NCBI GenBank assembly: GCA_043228905.1
Contig: JBHGNT010000005.1
Location: 4,030,001-4,094,000 of the forward strand
DNA length: 64,000 bases
Direction of reading: 5' to 3'
DNA from: Azolla caroliniana
Taxonomy: Eukaryota > Plantae > Polypodiophyta
Part shown: piece by piece, positions 24,790-38,500 of the stretch
Layout: each line of letters starts with the position of its first letter
How positions within the stretch are numbered: the first letter of the stretch is position 1
Translations under genes and position numbers: made by a program
Notes under the pieces: generated by a model
Database searches by the model: none
Told to the model about the DNA's origin: nothing
What the model saw: the letters and a program-made list of their open reading frames with translations, nothing else

Positions 24790-27700
24790 TTATTTTACAT
24801 GGAAGGGATATTGAGGAGAAGAGAAGATGGAGAAGGAATCGGAGAATAACGGGATATCCTTGGAATAATGTAGTGGGTCGGCCTCGCCAGTATCAAACTT
24901 ACGCCCTTTATTAATTAATTCGACATTGAAGTGATCCCCCCATATGTCATACAAACTCATATTGTAGTCATGATCCCTTATCGATGTCGATGTCGATGTC
25001 AATGTCGAGCTAGCAAAGCTACCTAAATCTTGTGCATCATTACTATGATTCTCATTAACATCCTCCAATGCTCCATTGTAAGGTTTATCGATGGTCAATA
25101 TTGTGTCATGTGAAGTGGACCTTGTTGATATGATGGCAGAATTGGTGATTCTGGGTTTCGTTCCCGGAGCTCGTGCATACGGAGCTATGGCTGATGTAGG
25201 GATCACATTTTTTGATGAAACTGTCACTAATGTTGGGTTTCTTTTAATCCTCGGTATCGCTCTCACCTCCGATGATGACTTTGTTGGCTTCAAAGAGTCA
25301 TCATTCAGAGCACTCGATCTTGGTTTGGTCAACGATTGCTCCACATCACTAGATTTTGTTGTCTTCAGTGATTCATCATCCAGAATACTCGATAGCGGTT
25401 GGATCAATGATTGCTTCAGATCACTAGACTTCGTTGTCTTCAGTGATTCATCATTCAGAGTACCCAATTTTGGTTTAATCAATGATTCCTCCAAATCACT
25501 AGTATGCTTGTTAGATGTCAATGTGCTCTCTGAAGATGCTGTAGATAGATTCATGTCACTATGATCATTGTCACCACCATCATCCAAGGATCGATGTTTA
25601 CTAATATCAGGATCAGCATATTTAAATGGAAAAACCGATTCCTTATTTTTATTAGTCATTTGTACATCATCTAGCGTATTCTTAACTTCGTGCCTTAATG
25701 CTAGTGTAGCAGCAACAGCAGTACCTGGATTAAAAATACTTGCCTTCACCAAAGGACTTATTGGCCTAACAGTACCAATAGTGTTGATACTCTGTCTAAT
25801 CAATGGTGAAGATGGGGTCGACCGAGGAGAATGGCAACTACTATCACTTGAATTATTCTCTATATTACTGTGATCTAGAGGATTAATGCCTATACCAATA
25901 TTCTTCCTCTTTTTTGTCCTTTTCCCAATTTTATAACTATCCTTTTCTTTCTCTAATGATTTCCGAGGTGAAGAAGAATTAGACGATGATGATTGCACAG
26001 GCTCTAGTAGTTTATCCGATGTATTTAGCAGAAGCATGCTGGATTTCCCTTTTCTTGAATGTGAAATCTTCAGTCGTGATGACGAATTACCGCCTTGTGG
26101 ATGATTTGACATCAAAGAAGTCGACTTAGGATAATGAGAATGATCAGGATTAGGATGATTCATCGTGTGAGTCCCTTTCTTAATGTCCGGCATGATCATG
26201 CCATCAACACCCATGTCTTGCTTAGTAGAGCTTTTGGATATTACTGCTCCCATCAATATGGCTCTTGTAGTCCATACCTTAATTGCATTCAAATGTTTTA
26301 TACCAGCTAAATATATGTAAGCTATTGCTGAATGTACAACCTCAAGGGCACCTTTTGTGAAGCTCAAGAAGTTGATACAATCTTGCTTTTTACCTTCACC
26401 TTGTGTGTAATCAAGATCAATGCTCACATAGATTGACGGTCTTTTGTGCACCATTTTCGGCCTTGATCTGTCATTTTGGGAGAATTTGGACAAGCCATTG
26501 ATGTTGGATAATGTCCATTCATTCACACTTGCATTCGTCACTACAGAATCATCCTGTTTGAGCATTTTTCCAAACACAAAGAGCACTAGAAAGAGTGCCA
26601 CTAGACACACTTGCAGGAATATTCTCTTGACAGTTGAAAGCAGTTGTGCCATCTCACAAAACCAAATCATGTCATCAGGAATCCGTGCCTTGAGGGTAAC
26701 TGAAAGGACGTCCCCCTTCGTGGTTACTAGCTGAAGATCACCATGGGCATCAAAGAGTTTATCAAAATCCGGTTGATATGAGACTAGAAGCTTAGCAGAT
26801 TCTCCTGGTGCAAGGCCGAATCCATGGAAAGAATCTATCCGGAATCCATGAGATCCAGTGAGCATCAAGGAAGCTACTTGAACGGACGAATTCCCAAGGT
26901 TTTTTGCAATAAATCCTTTGCTAGTGCGCCGATTATGACATACCCCATACGCGCCTTCCTCGTCGAGAAATGTCTCAATCTTCTCTTTCAATGTCTTCTT
27001 CAAAAAAGAAGGCAAAGACCTTGAATCCACTTCCACTTCAAGTGTGTCTACTAGCTCGTTTCCATCAAAGAACTTCAGCCCTAATTCACTAGAGCTGGCT
27101 ACAATGGCAGTACCTTCTCCTTCAATCCTCATCCATTCAATCCCAGTTAAGTTGTTCACTAGAATAACATTGCTCCGCCACAACACATTATATTCCTCTT
27201 CATATGGGTGAAAAACTATGGGACCTATGGCACCTGTAGAGTTAGGTGGCAACACAATCTTTGTCATATCATGATCATCTCCTTCAATGCTGAAAACTAT
27301 GCCCTTATGCTTAGATTGCACCCATTCCTTCACAACTGGAGACGTTCCAACCTCCTTGGGATCATGGTGTGTTGTACATCCCAGCATTTCATCGTTTACA
27401 ATCGGATGTGTTTTATTACAGGGAATTACGCTGATATTCACATTGGAAACATTTCTCTTTTGAGCTATAGAATTTACAAACAATTGTATGGAGATTGGCA
27501 TACCCCTTGGATTTCGGACTTGGATCCATTGCTTAGATTTTTGCCCGGCCAGAGTATCTGGAAACGTGAACACATTGGAGGCCCCAAGAATGGACAATCG
27601 GCTTGGAATAACCGTATTAACTGTCCAAGATGCCACCGGATGCATTAGTGGATCTGATAATTTCCCCAGGCCATTCTGCATGATCAAGCACATAATCATT

Positions 27701-28793
27701 GTTGTTTTTTAGATATAAATGCCATCTATCAAGGAAAAACCATTGTCAAGGAATTAATTATCTTGATCTTCTCAAGCACTCCAAAATGCAAATGTTTGAA
27801 AAGGGAGGCTTTCGATTTTTTCCATACTAGAGTTTCCCATATTGAGGATTGAACTAACTAAAACCAAACAAAAACAGAACTGGTTAAAAAATATATACTT
27901 ACATGGTTTGACACACGAAGGGCAATAGAAGGACGGAAATGTGGTTCATCATCAAGAGGGCAAAGAGGAACATGCTGAAGTTCATGGACCATATCAACAG
28001 TAGTAGCATCATCATTCTTCTTTTTCTTGAGAATCTCATGGGACTGTGGTTTCACACCAGCACCTTCCATACCAATCGATATCGGCCCGGCACTCGTATG
28101 AATCACAAGTAAACCTTGTACAATATCTGCAACCTTTGGCATGAATATCACATGTACTGCCAACATCCCTCTTGGTTGTAAGAGTGTCTTCTCAAATCCA
28201 ATTACATGGAAATTACTAGGGTTCGTGCTATAAACTTGGAAGACACAGAGACTAGTGTCAGCCATCCATGTGTTCACAATTGTCAATGACCTCCGAGACT
28301 GTGAGGAGACTTCTTGTTTCCCCCATGTTAAGCTCACATTAGCAGTGACCATCAATGTACTGGACCCTCCTAATTCTTCTAAGCCAACCACATGCTCTTG
28401 CATAGTACTATTAGGTCCCATGTCTGGCATCATTGACACATGGTTTGTATCATGGCAAGCATTCAAATGATCTGGTTTCAAACTTGATACTTCGGCCACA
28501 GCCTGGGTTGTCTGCTTCACATCTTCATGGCCATAGGTCTCGAATGGCTTTGATTGCTTCTTGTTGTCATCGTTGTTTAATGATGTCGAAGAACCAAATG
28601 GCACATCAATATTGTCATGAATATATGTATCATGAGTCTTTGCCATCGATAATACTGCAAGAGAATTGACAAAGCAAATAACAAAGAAAAAGTTCGAATG
28701 GATGGCTCTATTCTTCCTCTTCGTGTAATTGCTCCTCCTAATCTGACTTATATATATAAGACCCATCAACAAGCAAATAGTTGCTACATCCAT
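24790..28793 (-). CDS. TMEM131-like (DUF3651) membrane protein, ~1260 aa; exons 28793-27903 and 27675-24790
   Basis: Two long ORFs joined in frame by a 227-nt intron (CAT|GTAAGT...TGCAG|AAT); hydrophobic N-terminus, Ig-like segments (LTWG...LTIVN...FMP...HTSAG; WIQVRNP; NNLTGIEW), one TM helix, Ser-rich tail with ARAPG and YDIWGDHF. Confidence 0.8.
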
Positions 28794-29197
28794 GTATATA
28801 TATTTACAGAAAAACAGTTTAATGAGCAAAAAAGGGGGGAGAGGGGGCACTAATTTCTTGTGAATAAATGGGCTAATTTTTGCTTGATTTAGCCCAGATT
28901 TTAATCTAATGAAGATTTAATTTGACAAGGAACCCTGTCTAGTTTCCCACAAATAAGCCACGACAGAATCAGACTGGTTTTTAATTGAAGAGGAAGAAGA
29001 TAGAGATTAAGACCCAATATTTGTAAGTACCTGAGGGAGAAGAAGATGAAGAAGATGATGAAAAGAAGAGACCCATGAACTAAAGTCACCATACACAAAA
29101 AGTTAAAAAGCAATATCTGATCATATGCATATTATGATTAACAAAGGAATCATTGAGAGAGGGAGAAGCAGAGAGGGAGCGTTGTATGGACGCAAAC

Positions 29198-29242
<45 letters not shown>

Positions 29243-29628
29243 ATCTGTTATATATGTATATGTATGTATGTAAGGAATTACATATTCATCGGGAAAGAAC
29301 GGTGCATGAAGCAGAAGAAGAAATGCTCTGTTTTTTTGTTCCCCCCTCTTTTTAACATAATGAAGGAGAGAGAATGAATGAATGAATGAAGACAACAAAG
29401 GAATCAAAAGAAAAAGGGGGAATGAGAGAGAGATGGTCAGCGCCAGCCATGTCTGCAAAATAAACGGAATAATTTTCTATGTCTGTGCTGAAATTCCTTC
29501 CATGGATCGCTCATTTATGAGCCCCCCCCCCCCCCCCAAAAAAAAAAAAATGGATGCATGGCCACACACAGATTAACACAGAGACAGATAGACAGAGAGA
29601 AGGGGGCATCTTCTTTTCTCTAAGGAAT

Positions 29629-29830
29629 AGAATTGAAAATATTTCTAAGGCCACACACACACAATCTAGATTCATGTATGTAATAATCTTCTTCTTTTTC
29701 TTCTTCTTCTTCTTCTCTCTGTGTGTTTGTATGTAGAATTGAAATATTTCTAAGGCCACACACACAATCTAGATTCATGTATGTAATAATCTTCTTCTTT
29801 TTCTTCTTCTTCTTCTTCTCTGTGTGTGTG
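29629..29830. repeat. ~105-bp direct tandem duplication upstream of the TMEM131-like gene
   Basis: AGAATTGAAA(A)TATTTCTAAGGCCACACACAC...TCTAGATTCATGTATGTAATAATCTTCTTC occurs twice. Confidence 0.9.
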
Positions 29831-29846
29831 TGTATGTTCTTCTTCT

Positions 29847-29877
<31 letters not shown>

Positions 29878-32800
29878 TGTGTAGTGTGTAGCATTTATGG
29901 AATCTTGTGTGCCATGCCATGCCCCTTGATCTCCATGTTATCCTCTTGGGTCGCACTTTAACTTCAAATCTTGCCTGCCCATAAGTATAGGCCGTAACGT
30001 ATACCGTCGTGGTGAATGCGTGTCTATTATTCGGCTCGTATGAACCTGGGTCCCTTCATTTTACTGGATGGTGTTGTAGAGAATGTAGTACGGGTTGTCT
30101 TTTATTCGGCTCGTATGAACCCCTGGGTCCTTGCATTTTTATTAGATGATGTTTGTGGAGAATGTACTAGGGGTTTGACATCATCCTGATCACAACATTC
30201 GTCATCAACCTTGTGTTCCAACTCCACTTGTTTCCTAGATCATCACCATGGTCCCTGCCACTGCCTAAACATCCGTAGAATTGCAACTGCACTCTTTTTA
30301 TCTATGTGTGTGTGTGTGTGTGTGCGCGCGCACTCTTGCATTTTGTGTTTTTTGTGTGGATATCAAATCATTGACATTGCCATCTATTTTGTCAAGTAAA
30401 GTAAAAATGTGGGGGGGTTGAACATAATGAATTCATGGTCAATCTCCACTCGGCATTAGGCTCTACCAAGTATGTGAAGCATGTGAGCTAGAGGATGGGG
30501 TTTACACAATGTTGTTGGATTTCTTAGCATATGTGGACAATGAGAGGGTGCTTGCTCGACACGAGATATGAGGATGTATGGCTGTGATGCTAGAATACAA
30601 GGCCCAAGTTTTAAAAATGCAAAGCATTTGAAAGAGATAAAGTTGGAAAACGAAGTGGACGCGAAAGCATATCCTCCTCCTTCATGAATAATTTAGTATT
30701 GGTTTCTCATGCATTTGACTCACCAACCTACTAAAGCCTCCTTACATTGCATTGCCCAGATGTTATTGGTGCCAATCGTTTTTCTATTATGACTAATGGA
30801 GGTTCAATTCTAGAGTGCAAACCAAATCGATGGTTGCCAAAGTCAAATATCTTCAACGCCATCCTCCCCCCTTAGATTAAGATAGCGAACGTGGTTAGCA
30901 ATATTGCGAATGAACAAGTGTCGACACGCTTCTAAGTTCTAACCATAAAACAAAAACATTCATGTTAAAGAGTAACTTGATGGTTCGTGAATCAAAAGAT
31001 CCCTCAATTAATTATTGGAATAATTTGTTCATAACTCGTATAAACACAATTTATAAATTAAAAACGTATAAAATTAAGTAACCACAAAAGTTTAGAGACT
31101 AGACATATCATCAAAATAGTGAACTCTGTAAAAATCAACTAGATGACAACACAATTAGCAAGTTTCATTAATGAATATCAAGTAGCATGTGATTATAATT
31201 AGTGTATAATCACATGTTTCTGAATTAGTGTCCATGTCATCATTATCATTCACATCTTGCATATTATGGGCAAGATTTACTATCACGTTCATAAGGACAT
31301 TTTTTATTCACTTTGTAGTCTTCTTGCTCTTTTTGCAAGATAAAAAAGACTTCCTTCATCATTTTTGTATCCATCATTTCCAACCTAATCTCCAAAGGAT
31401 AGGAACCTCTTTCTTTGATATTTTTTAAGACGACAATCTTCATGGAAGTAAACCAACTTCTCCATATGCGTAGGAATTAATCTGTTGTTATTTTTGGTAT
31501 ATCTCAAAGAAAATGTGCTCCATTGTGGATGGAGATGCAATACTACCTTGCAAGAGAAAAGTAGAAATGGAAAAAAATCGAGTTAAATTTTAGAAAATAA
31601 AATAATGCATCTCCATGCACAATGGAGCACATTTTCTAACATGGTCATGAATAGAAAAAAGCTCATGAATTTTATAGACAATATTCATGTTTGTTTAATG
31701 AGTTCCAAACACATTTTATGTAGAATGAAATCTCTTCTAACAAACAATTCTCGTAACATATTCTCAAATATGAATATTGGTGGAAACCATGACCTTTCCC
31801 TCCACTGTAGCATCACGTTATGCCGCATTGCCTATTGAAGTGCAACTCATCCACCTTAGTAAAATCTTGCCATGTTTAGGTAAATGTGAAATTGTGTTGG
31901 TTAAACATGTTAAAGGCTGGACAACCATACTTTTATGGGACTCGTTGATCAATACAATAATAGAGCATTATTTTCTAAGTGTCTCACATAGAACCTTTCC
32001 TATAGGCCATAATATCACAATCATGGGCATATACACGTTTCCAAACACCATTATAGAAATAAAAAGGTTTGTGTTGTGAAGGAAATCTCTTAGTATCTAG
32101 AATTAATCAAGTATTATGAGCAATAGGGAATGTTAGTGCTTGTGAATTTTTTAGCAAGTCCCAAATAATAATAGAATGCCATAATTCACTATATTGAAAC
32201 TAGAACTTCCATTTCTTTCATTTGGGCATTTACATTAGTAGTTGAAACTACATTAACGTAGCTACCCAATAATAAATATGAATTTGTTTTTTATACCAAA
32301 TGCTCCATGTTAATAAAGTAAGTTCCAGTTATCATAAAGAAAGAAACTCTTTCCTGAATAGAAGCATTGAAGAAATCAACACTATTTATGAGGGAACACG
32401 TTTCATTTTCGAGTGAATTATCAAGCTTTAATGTTGATGGTGAAAAAGTAACCTCTCGAAAGGTGGATTGCAAACATGTGTGATTTGGAGGAACATGAAA
32501 ATTAAGGTACCCTAACCTATTTGAGAACTTATCCCAATGTGTTGGAACAATATATTTAGGGGAATTTGTCGTCCTCCCTAGCTAATCAAGTTACTTTTCA
32601 TATATTTGTTGGTTTTGTTGCTAGTGAAATAAATAATATAAGAAAACATTGCACTTGTTAATAACAAAACAAACTATACTTAGTTAAGATATAGTATCGA
32701 ATTCGATAGTTACTAGATTATTTCATTACATATTCATACAGTAATGGATCATGATTGACATGCCTTATTCCTCTACAACATTTAAAGCTAACCTAATGTC

Positions 32801-33751
32801 TTGATTATTGGAATAAGGTGAATAAAAGACAAGACCTAAAAGGCAAATAGTTATAATTAGTCCTTAAAGTACATTGTTATAAGATCATATATAGTGAAGA
32901 CATGTTCCATGTGATGAGCATTTAGTAGTACATGACTTCCGTAAGATGCAAATGAGTATGGAAATGAATGTGCTAAGTGCAATAGAATGCAAGAGAAATC
33001 TCAAAGACGGATCAATGGATCACCCAAATTCTTCCATTTATTAGGGTTGGATTTTATGGATTCATGAGACTATATATAGAACAGACTATAAAGCAATGTA
33101 ACTTATGCCAATTAACTCATGAGACTACGCCAAAGCAATTGAAATGAATACCTCTTAATATCAAATTTTAGATTTGTTGATCTACCTAGGAATATTCACA
33201 TCACATGTTCTTATGGGGGGATAATCATTTCTCCATGCCTTATTCCAGTGAGTTGGAAACTTAGTTTCAAATCTTTGGGACCTACCAAACCAAATATACA
33301 AGAGAGTTGGAAGCACCTTCTTAGAATTATACACTAAATTGTGTATGTGTGTGAGAAAGAGGGTGCACATTTAGACCATACCGTATGCTTCTATTATTGG
33401 ATGGCACATGCTTGAGAATTTGGTATATGTTTTAGCTCCAAGGTTCTATATGACCTTTCAACTAAAAGAGTGTACGCAAGGAATGGAGCTTGAAACATGG
33501 GAAAACATTTTGGGTACAACTCAAAAGGGTTTTGAAGAATATCCATTACATCTTAAATAGCACCTACATTACGTTGGATCTTACTCAATATCATTATTGT
33601 TTCTTGTTCCATTATTCTAAGAACTTTTCAACTCCTTGATATTTTACCACTTGACAACGAGTGTTTTACTTCTTTTATCCCTTTATGGTCATCATGATTC
33701 TAGTTCAACATCATAATCTATAAAACTTATGTACGCATGTACATGCACATG

Positions 33752-34190
33752 TAACAATGACAACGGTTCGGTTCGGTTCCAATGTCCAAACTCAACCGTT
33801 CAACATTTTTTAATCCTGAACCGTTGGTTAAAAATCCATACCATTGACTATTAAACTGCTAAAACCGCAATTTCATGGTTCAATTTCAATTTTCAACTTA
33901 GGTCAATATTCAAATTTTAAATATTTCATTATTTCAAAATTTTAAAGATTTTTCCTAAAATGTGAGAATTAGGCTAAAAAATAGAAAGGTTGTTTAAAAA
34001 AATAAAAAATACCATCACGCCATTAAACCATTTAAACCACGGTTCAAATCATTAAAACTGAACCGAATCGTTCACCCCCAAACCAAACCAAACCATTTTG
34101 AAAAACTCAAACATGAACCAAACAAACAAAACCATTAAGCCACAATTTCACGATTCAATTCAATTGAAACCAAACCGTTGCTGATTGTTA
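33752..34190. mobile_element. Degenerate MITE with AACCG/CGGTT subterminal motifs
   Basis: Imperfect TIRs TAACAATGACAACGGTTCGGTT / AACCAAACCGTTGCTGATTGTTA and AT-rich core; no clear TSD. Confidence 0.6.
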
Positions 34191-35522
34191 TGTTACACAC
34201 ATACTCATGTACCCTTGTCTCTATGTACACATGCACTGCCCTTGCCTCAATGTACACGCAACCATACAAAGCTCAATGAGTAACTATACAAGCAATTATT
34301 TTCTATATTAATTCTGCATGTAACGATTACCATTGCTAGTAGTCTAGTTCCACTCAAGAGCTAATCTCATGTTGACAAATTTTGAAGTCTCCTTAATAAT
34401 ATGGCTTGTCATCCCCCTGAACTTAAGTGTCGTACTACATCAATAATGGAGTTTTAGGGAGCAGTCTCCAATCCTACCATATTGTTAAAAAGAGAGGGGC
34501 TTTTTTGGATAAAAAAGGAGGGAGACTTAACATTCCCTTAAAAGAGAATTTTTCAATCAAAATGGAGAGAATTTTCACATTGCCTTAAAAGAGAATTATT
34601 GCTAACATGTTGCAGAGGTTGTTAGAAATATTGAGAATCGATTAGATAGGTATATAGAGTTACAATTACAGAGATGGATATATGAAAACAATACTTCTAT
34701 TACATATGAGAGTAGCTCACAATGGTAGTTTACCCATTCGCTCACACCTTAGAGCTTAGATAGGATATGGACTAACTCACTACAAAATTAGTGGGGACTA
34801 ATGATCAATCCAACCACTGTGTAAGAAAGTAGATTATATTCTATCTTTGGTCTGAGTATAACATTAAATGTGCAAGTCAGTTGATAGTAATGGAGATATT
34901 CCTTTTTCGTCAATTGACTTGTCATTTAATATGACCCAATTCCCTAGATATAGGCCAATGCTAGATAGTACTTATCTTGAAGTCAATGGCACATACTTGA
35001 AGACCAAGTACATCATAACTTGCCTGTAAAATATTCTAGTTGACTTGATTAGCCAATCCTATTACCTATTTCGCTCTTTCCTAAATACATTGTGTCCTAC
35101 ACATCTACGGTTTCCTAGATTAACACCTTATCAACCCATATGGTCGAGTTGCACACTAGCCACTCCTCATTTGGGGTGCTATCACAAAATGTGCACTCTA
35201 AGAGCACATATGGGGATAGATTTACAACTTCAGGCTGATCATTGATTATATCTAACAGAGGTTAGAGGTTAGCCGCATCAAGAGATAGATTTAGTACTGA
35301 ATTAAATAATTAACCATAAATTGGAATTGTTGAGTATATTGCTCCATTCACATATGTACAGATTTCCCATAAACAAAAGAATTTGGCACCAATGGATTAA
35401 ATAAGCCACTTTGGTAGCAAATGGTAACAAATAAACATATCTGATACATTTGATTTCGTAAAAGTATGGTGCTGTAATCTCCATATAAATAAGGAAGAAG
35501 AATGGGTAAAAATGCAATCATG

Positions 35523-38500
35523 TCATGGATACCTTTTAGCAAAATACAAAATTTGGGGCGTTTTTATTTCTTCTTGACATTGTACTAATCTGAGCTCCAG
35601 TTGCTTACCACTTGGTTGTTGATCTGCTGCGGCATAATCTGCTACTGTTCGCCTTAAGACACTCTGCAAATCAAAGTGTTAGCAGTTTTACTGTATAAAG
35701 TACTGTTTTAAATATCTAACCATAACAATTTCTTATAAACATATATATGTATATAACAGTCCCATGAGAACACCAGAAATTGGGATTTAGATATGAAGAA
35801 ACCAAATTTATAAACTATCGCTAGTAGCTTGAGGGATAAATCCACCTACACCATAGGCAAAAGCAAGAAATAAATATTAAGATCTCTCAGAGTCCAAAAT
35901 GTGTTATGAGACCCAACAATGATTTCTCATCCAGATGATCAACATACTATTTATATCTCAAATTGATGTGCTTGGAAACACAGTTGCAAATGTTGCACTT
36001 TCTTCAAGGCTTTAAAGTTGGACATGAAGCAATGAATAATGACAGAAAACATTACGTTGGCATAGTAGGTCAAGATTTTCGAGGAAACTCATAAGAATGT
36101 CCAAGTTATAATTGCTAACATAGTGAAAGAATATTCGAAAAAAATGACAGTAAAACTCTTCTATACAACTAATGGCCCAAGTCGAGACCGTTATAATTGC
36201 TAACAAAGTGAAAGAATATTTGAATAAAAAGAAAGTAAAATTCTTCTACCCAATTAATCGCCCAAGCCCAGACCTGTCTGCAGGCTAGACACTTGACTTA
36301 TTCCTCACAATTTTGGATACGCGGACACATGAAGATAAAGCAAGTCACAAGAACTGGGGCAGATGAGGAACTCCAAAGAGAGGATATACCATTAGAGTGG
36401 TAAGGAAACAATTAAAAAAGATGTTAGGCCTTTCCATATTCATTCCAGCATAATCCTGTTCAGACCACAGGTATCCCCACTGTATATCTAACAAGCCCAT
36501 ATCTAGTCTTCATCCAATCTTATTTAAAAGATAGCTATGTGGACATAGCATTAGACAATTTTATAACTTACCTGAAGACTTGAGACAGCAAGCTCCACTG
36601 CCTTCTGAAAATCATTTTCTATTTTCTGAATCAAAATAATGGCAATTCACATAATTATGCAACATAAGGAAAACATCTGCCATGAAAAATAGGTCAAGAA
36701 AATTACATACATGACTCCAACCCAATATAAGCGCCGTCATTAAGTCTCCTGTTCCCTATAAATCATAAGTCAAGATTAATTACTGGGATGAAGTAACAGT
36801 CAAAAGTACACAATACACAAAAAAACAAAAGAACATTGAAAACAAAAAATCAGTGCTTCTCAACCCTGCATATCCCCATGGCTGATGGCAATTGCAGCTG
36901 AATTAAAATTTTGAAAAGAGATGAAACATTGTAAAGCCCCATAACAGTACAGGAAAGATATAAATGTGAATTGAAATATAGTTCCAGGGTGAATTGCAAT
37001 TTATTCTATTACATCATGACTTTGGCAGGACGTACCGTAAATAAACCTGGTATCTTATTGATGCTTATCTGAAACTGTTCAGGGGGTTCTCCCTGCATCA
37101 ATGGCCTTTTTTTAAACCTTTGGATTTAAATCAATAAACTCAAAAAATAGTTATTATAATTCAATTCAGTCTTAAGGTGAACCAAGTGGACATCAGTTTG
37201 TGGAATCAAGCAAAACAAAGAGAGTAGAATATGAATCGGTCAACATGTACAAGCATCCTTAATAAGTTTCCTAGCAACCTAATCTCAAGAAACTGCATTA
37301 TGATCACCCAACGTTTTACTCTAGATATGTCTCAAAAGATACAGGAGTATATAGATATGCCCTCTGATTTAAATGTTCCTTTCTGAACAATTGCATTATG
37401 ATCAACCTACTTCTGAGGCATAAAATTCAGATTGTTAACCTACTCTGCATATGTATCGAAAGATACAGGAGGAAAGGTATGGTCTCTGATTTAAACATTC
37501 CCATCTGGATATAAGCATAATAACCTAGATGTCCTCAGTTTGAATCATAGTTTTTAAGAATCACGTATTCCATGCTTTAGAACTGCCATTTTAAAATGTT
37601 TCACGTATTCTAATTATTCCATGTATGCAAAACGTATTTAATGTTTCGAAAAGTTCAAAAATAATTTAAATTTAAAAAGGTAAAAACTTAAGAAGTATTT
37701 AACAAATTCTACACGTGTTTTAACATATTATATGTGTACAATAAGTATTCTAAGTGTCTAATAAAAAAGGATAGAATATGTATTCTACAAATATTGTATG
37801 CTGAGTATTCTACAACTACGGTTGTAATCCTGTTTTTGCGTTTTTCACCTCACACTGGTGTTCTCCAACATTAATATGATATATAAATACGTAAATGTGC
37901 ATGTATTAGGATTCTCTACTAATGATAAGCAATTGATTTTTAATGTACTGCAAAGCAAGCATTCATAGTTTTATTTTTGTTAACATCAAAAAAATTTAGA
38001 CATGTTATTTGAATGTGTCCTATGGATGCCTTACAAATTGTGCAATCTCTGATTCCTTGTACATGATAGCGAGGAATAAAAGGAAATTTTAGTTCAAACA
38101 CAGTGACAAAATTAATATCACAGAAATAGGAAAAATTGTAATTGATGAGATATTTATTGTGTAAATGACACTTTATATTTCATAGATAAGAAAGCAAAAA
38201 GTTACTTGAGTTTTCATATGGCTTCCAATAAGCAGCAAATTTCCGTTAACATCTACACTGGTAATAACCACCTGCAAAACAAATTTTCCAAATTGTGAAT
38301 AGGACCGTGTCAGTGAAACACTATAGTAACCCTTTTGCTGCACTGACCAAAAATTGCTTTCTATACTAGGACTATGGTAATCATATATCTCATTCTACCT
38401 CAAATTCACAAAAAATCACCATAAGAAAAAAGACCTCCCATTCTTCTTAAAGTATTTTCATCGCAAAACACTACTATCTAGGTGTCCATAAAGTCAATGG

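Noticed and set aside
25091-27712. Several plus-strand ORFs of 66-157 aa
   Set aside because: Antisense shadows of the long TMEM131-like exon
30400-33700. Decayed coding-like sequence, possibly an old DNA transposon
   Set aside because: Many stops and no recognisable motif, so it cannot be classified by eye
37546-37860. MITE-like segment starting CATAGTTTTTAAGAATC with GTATTC motifs
   Set aside because: No matching right TIR or TSD found
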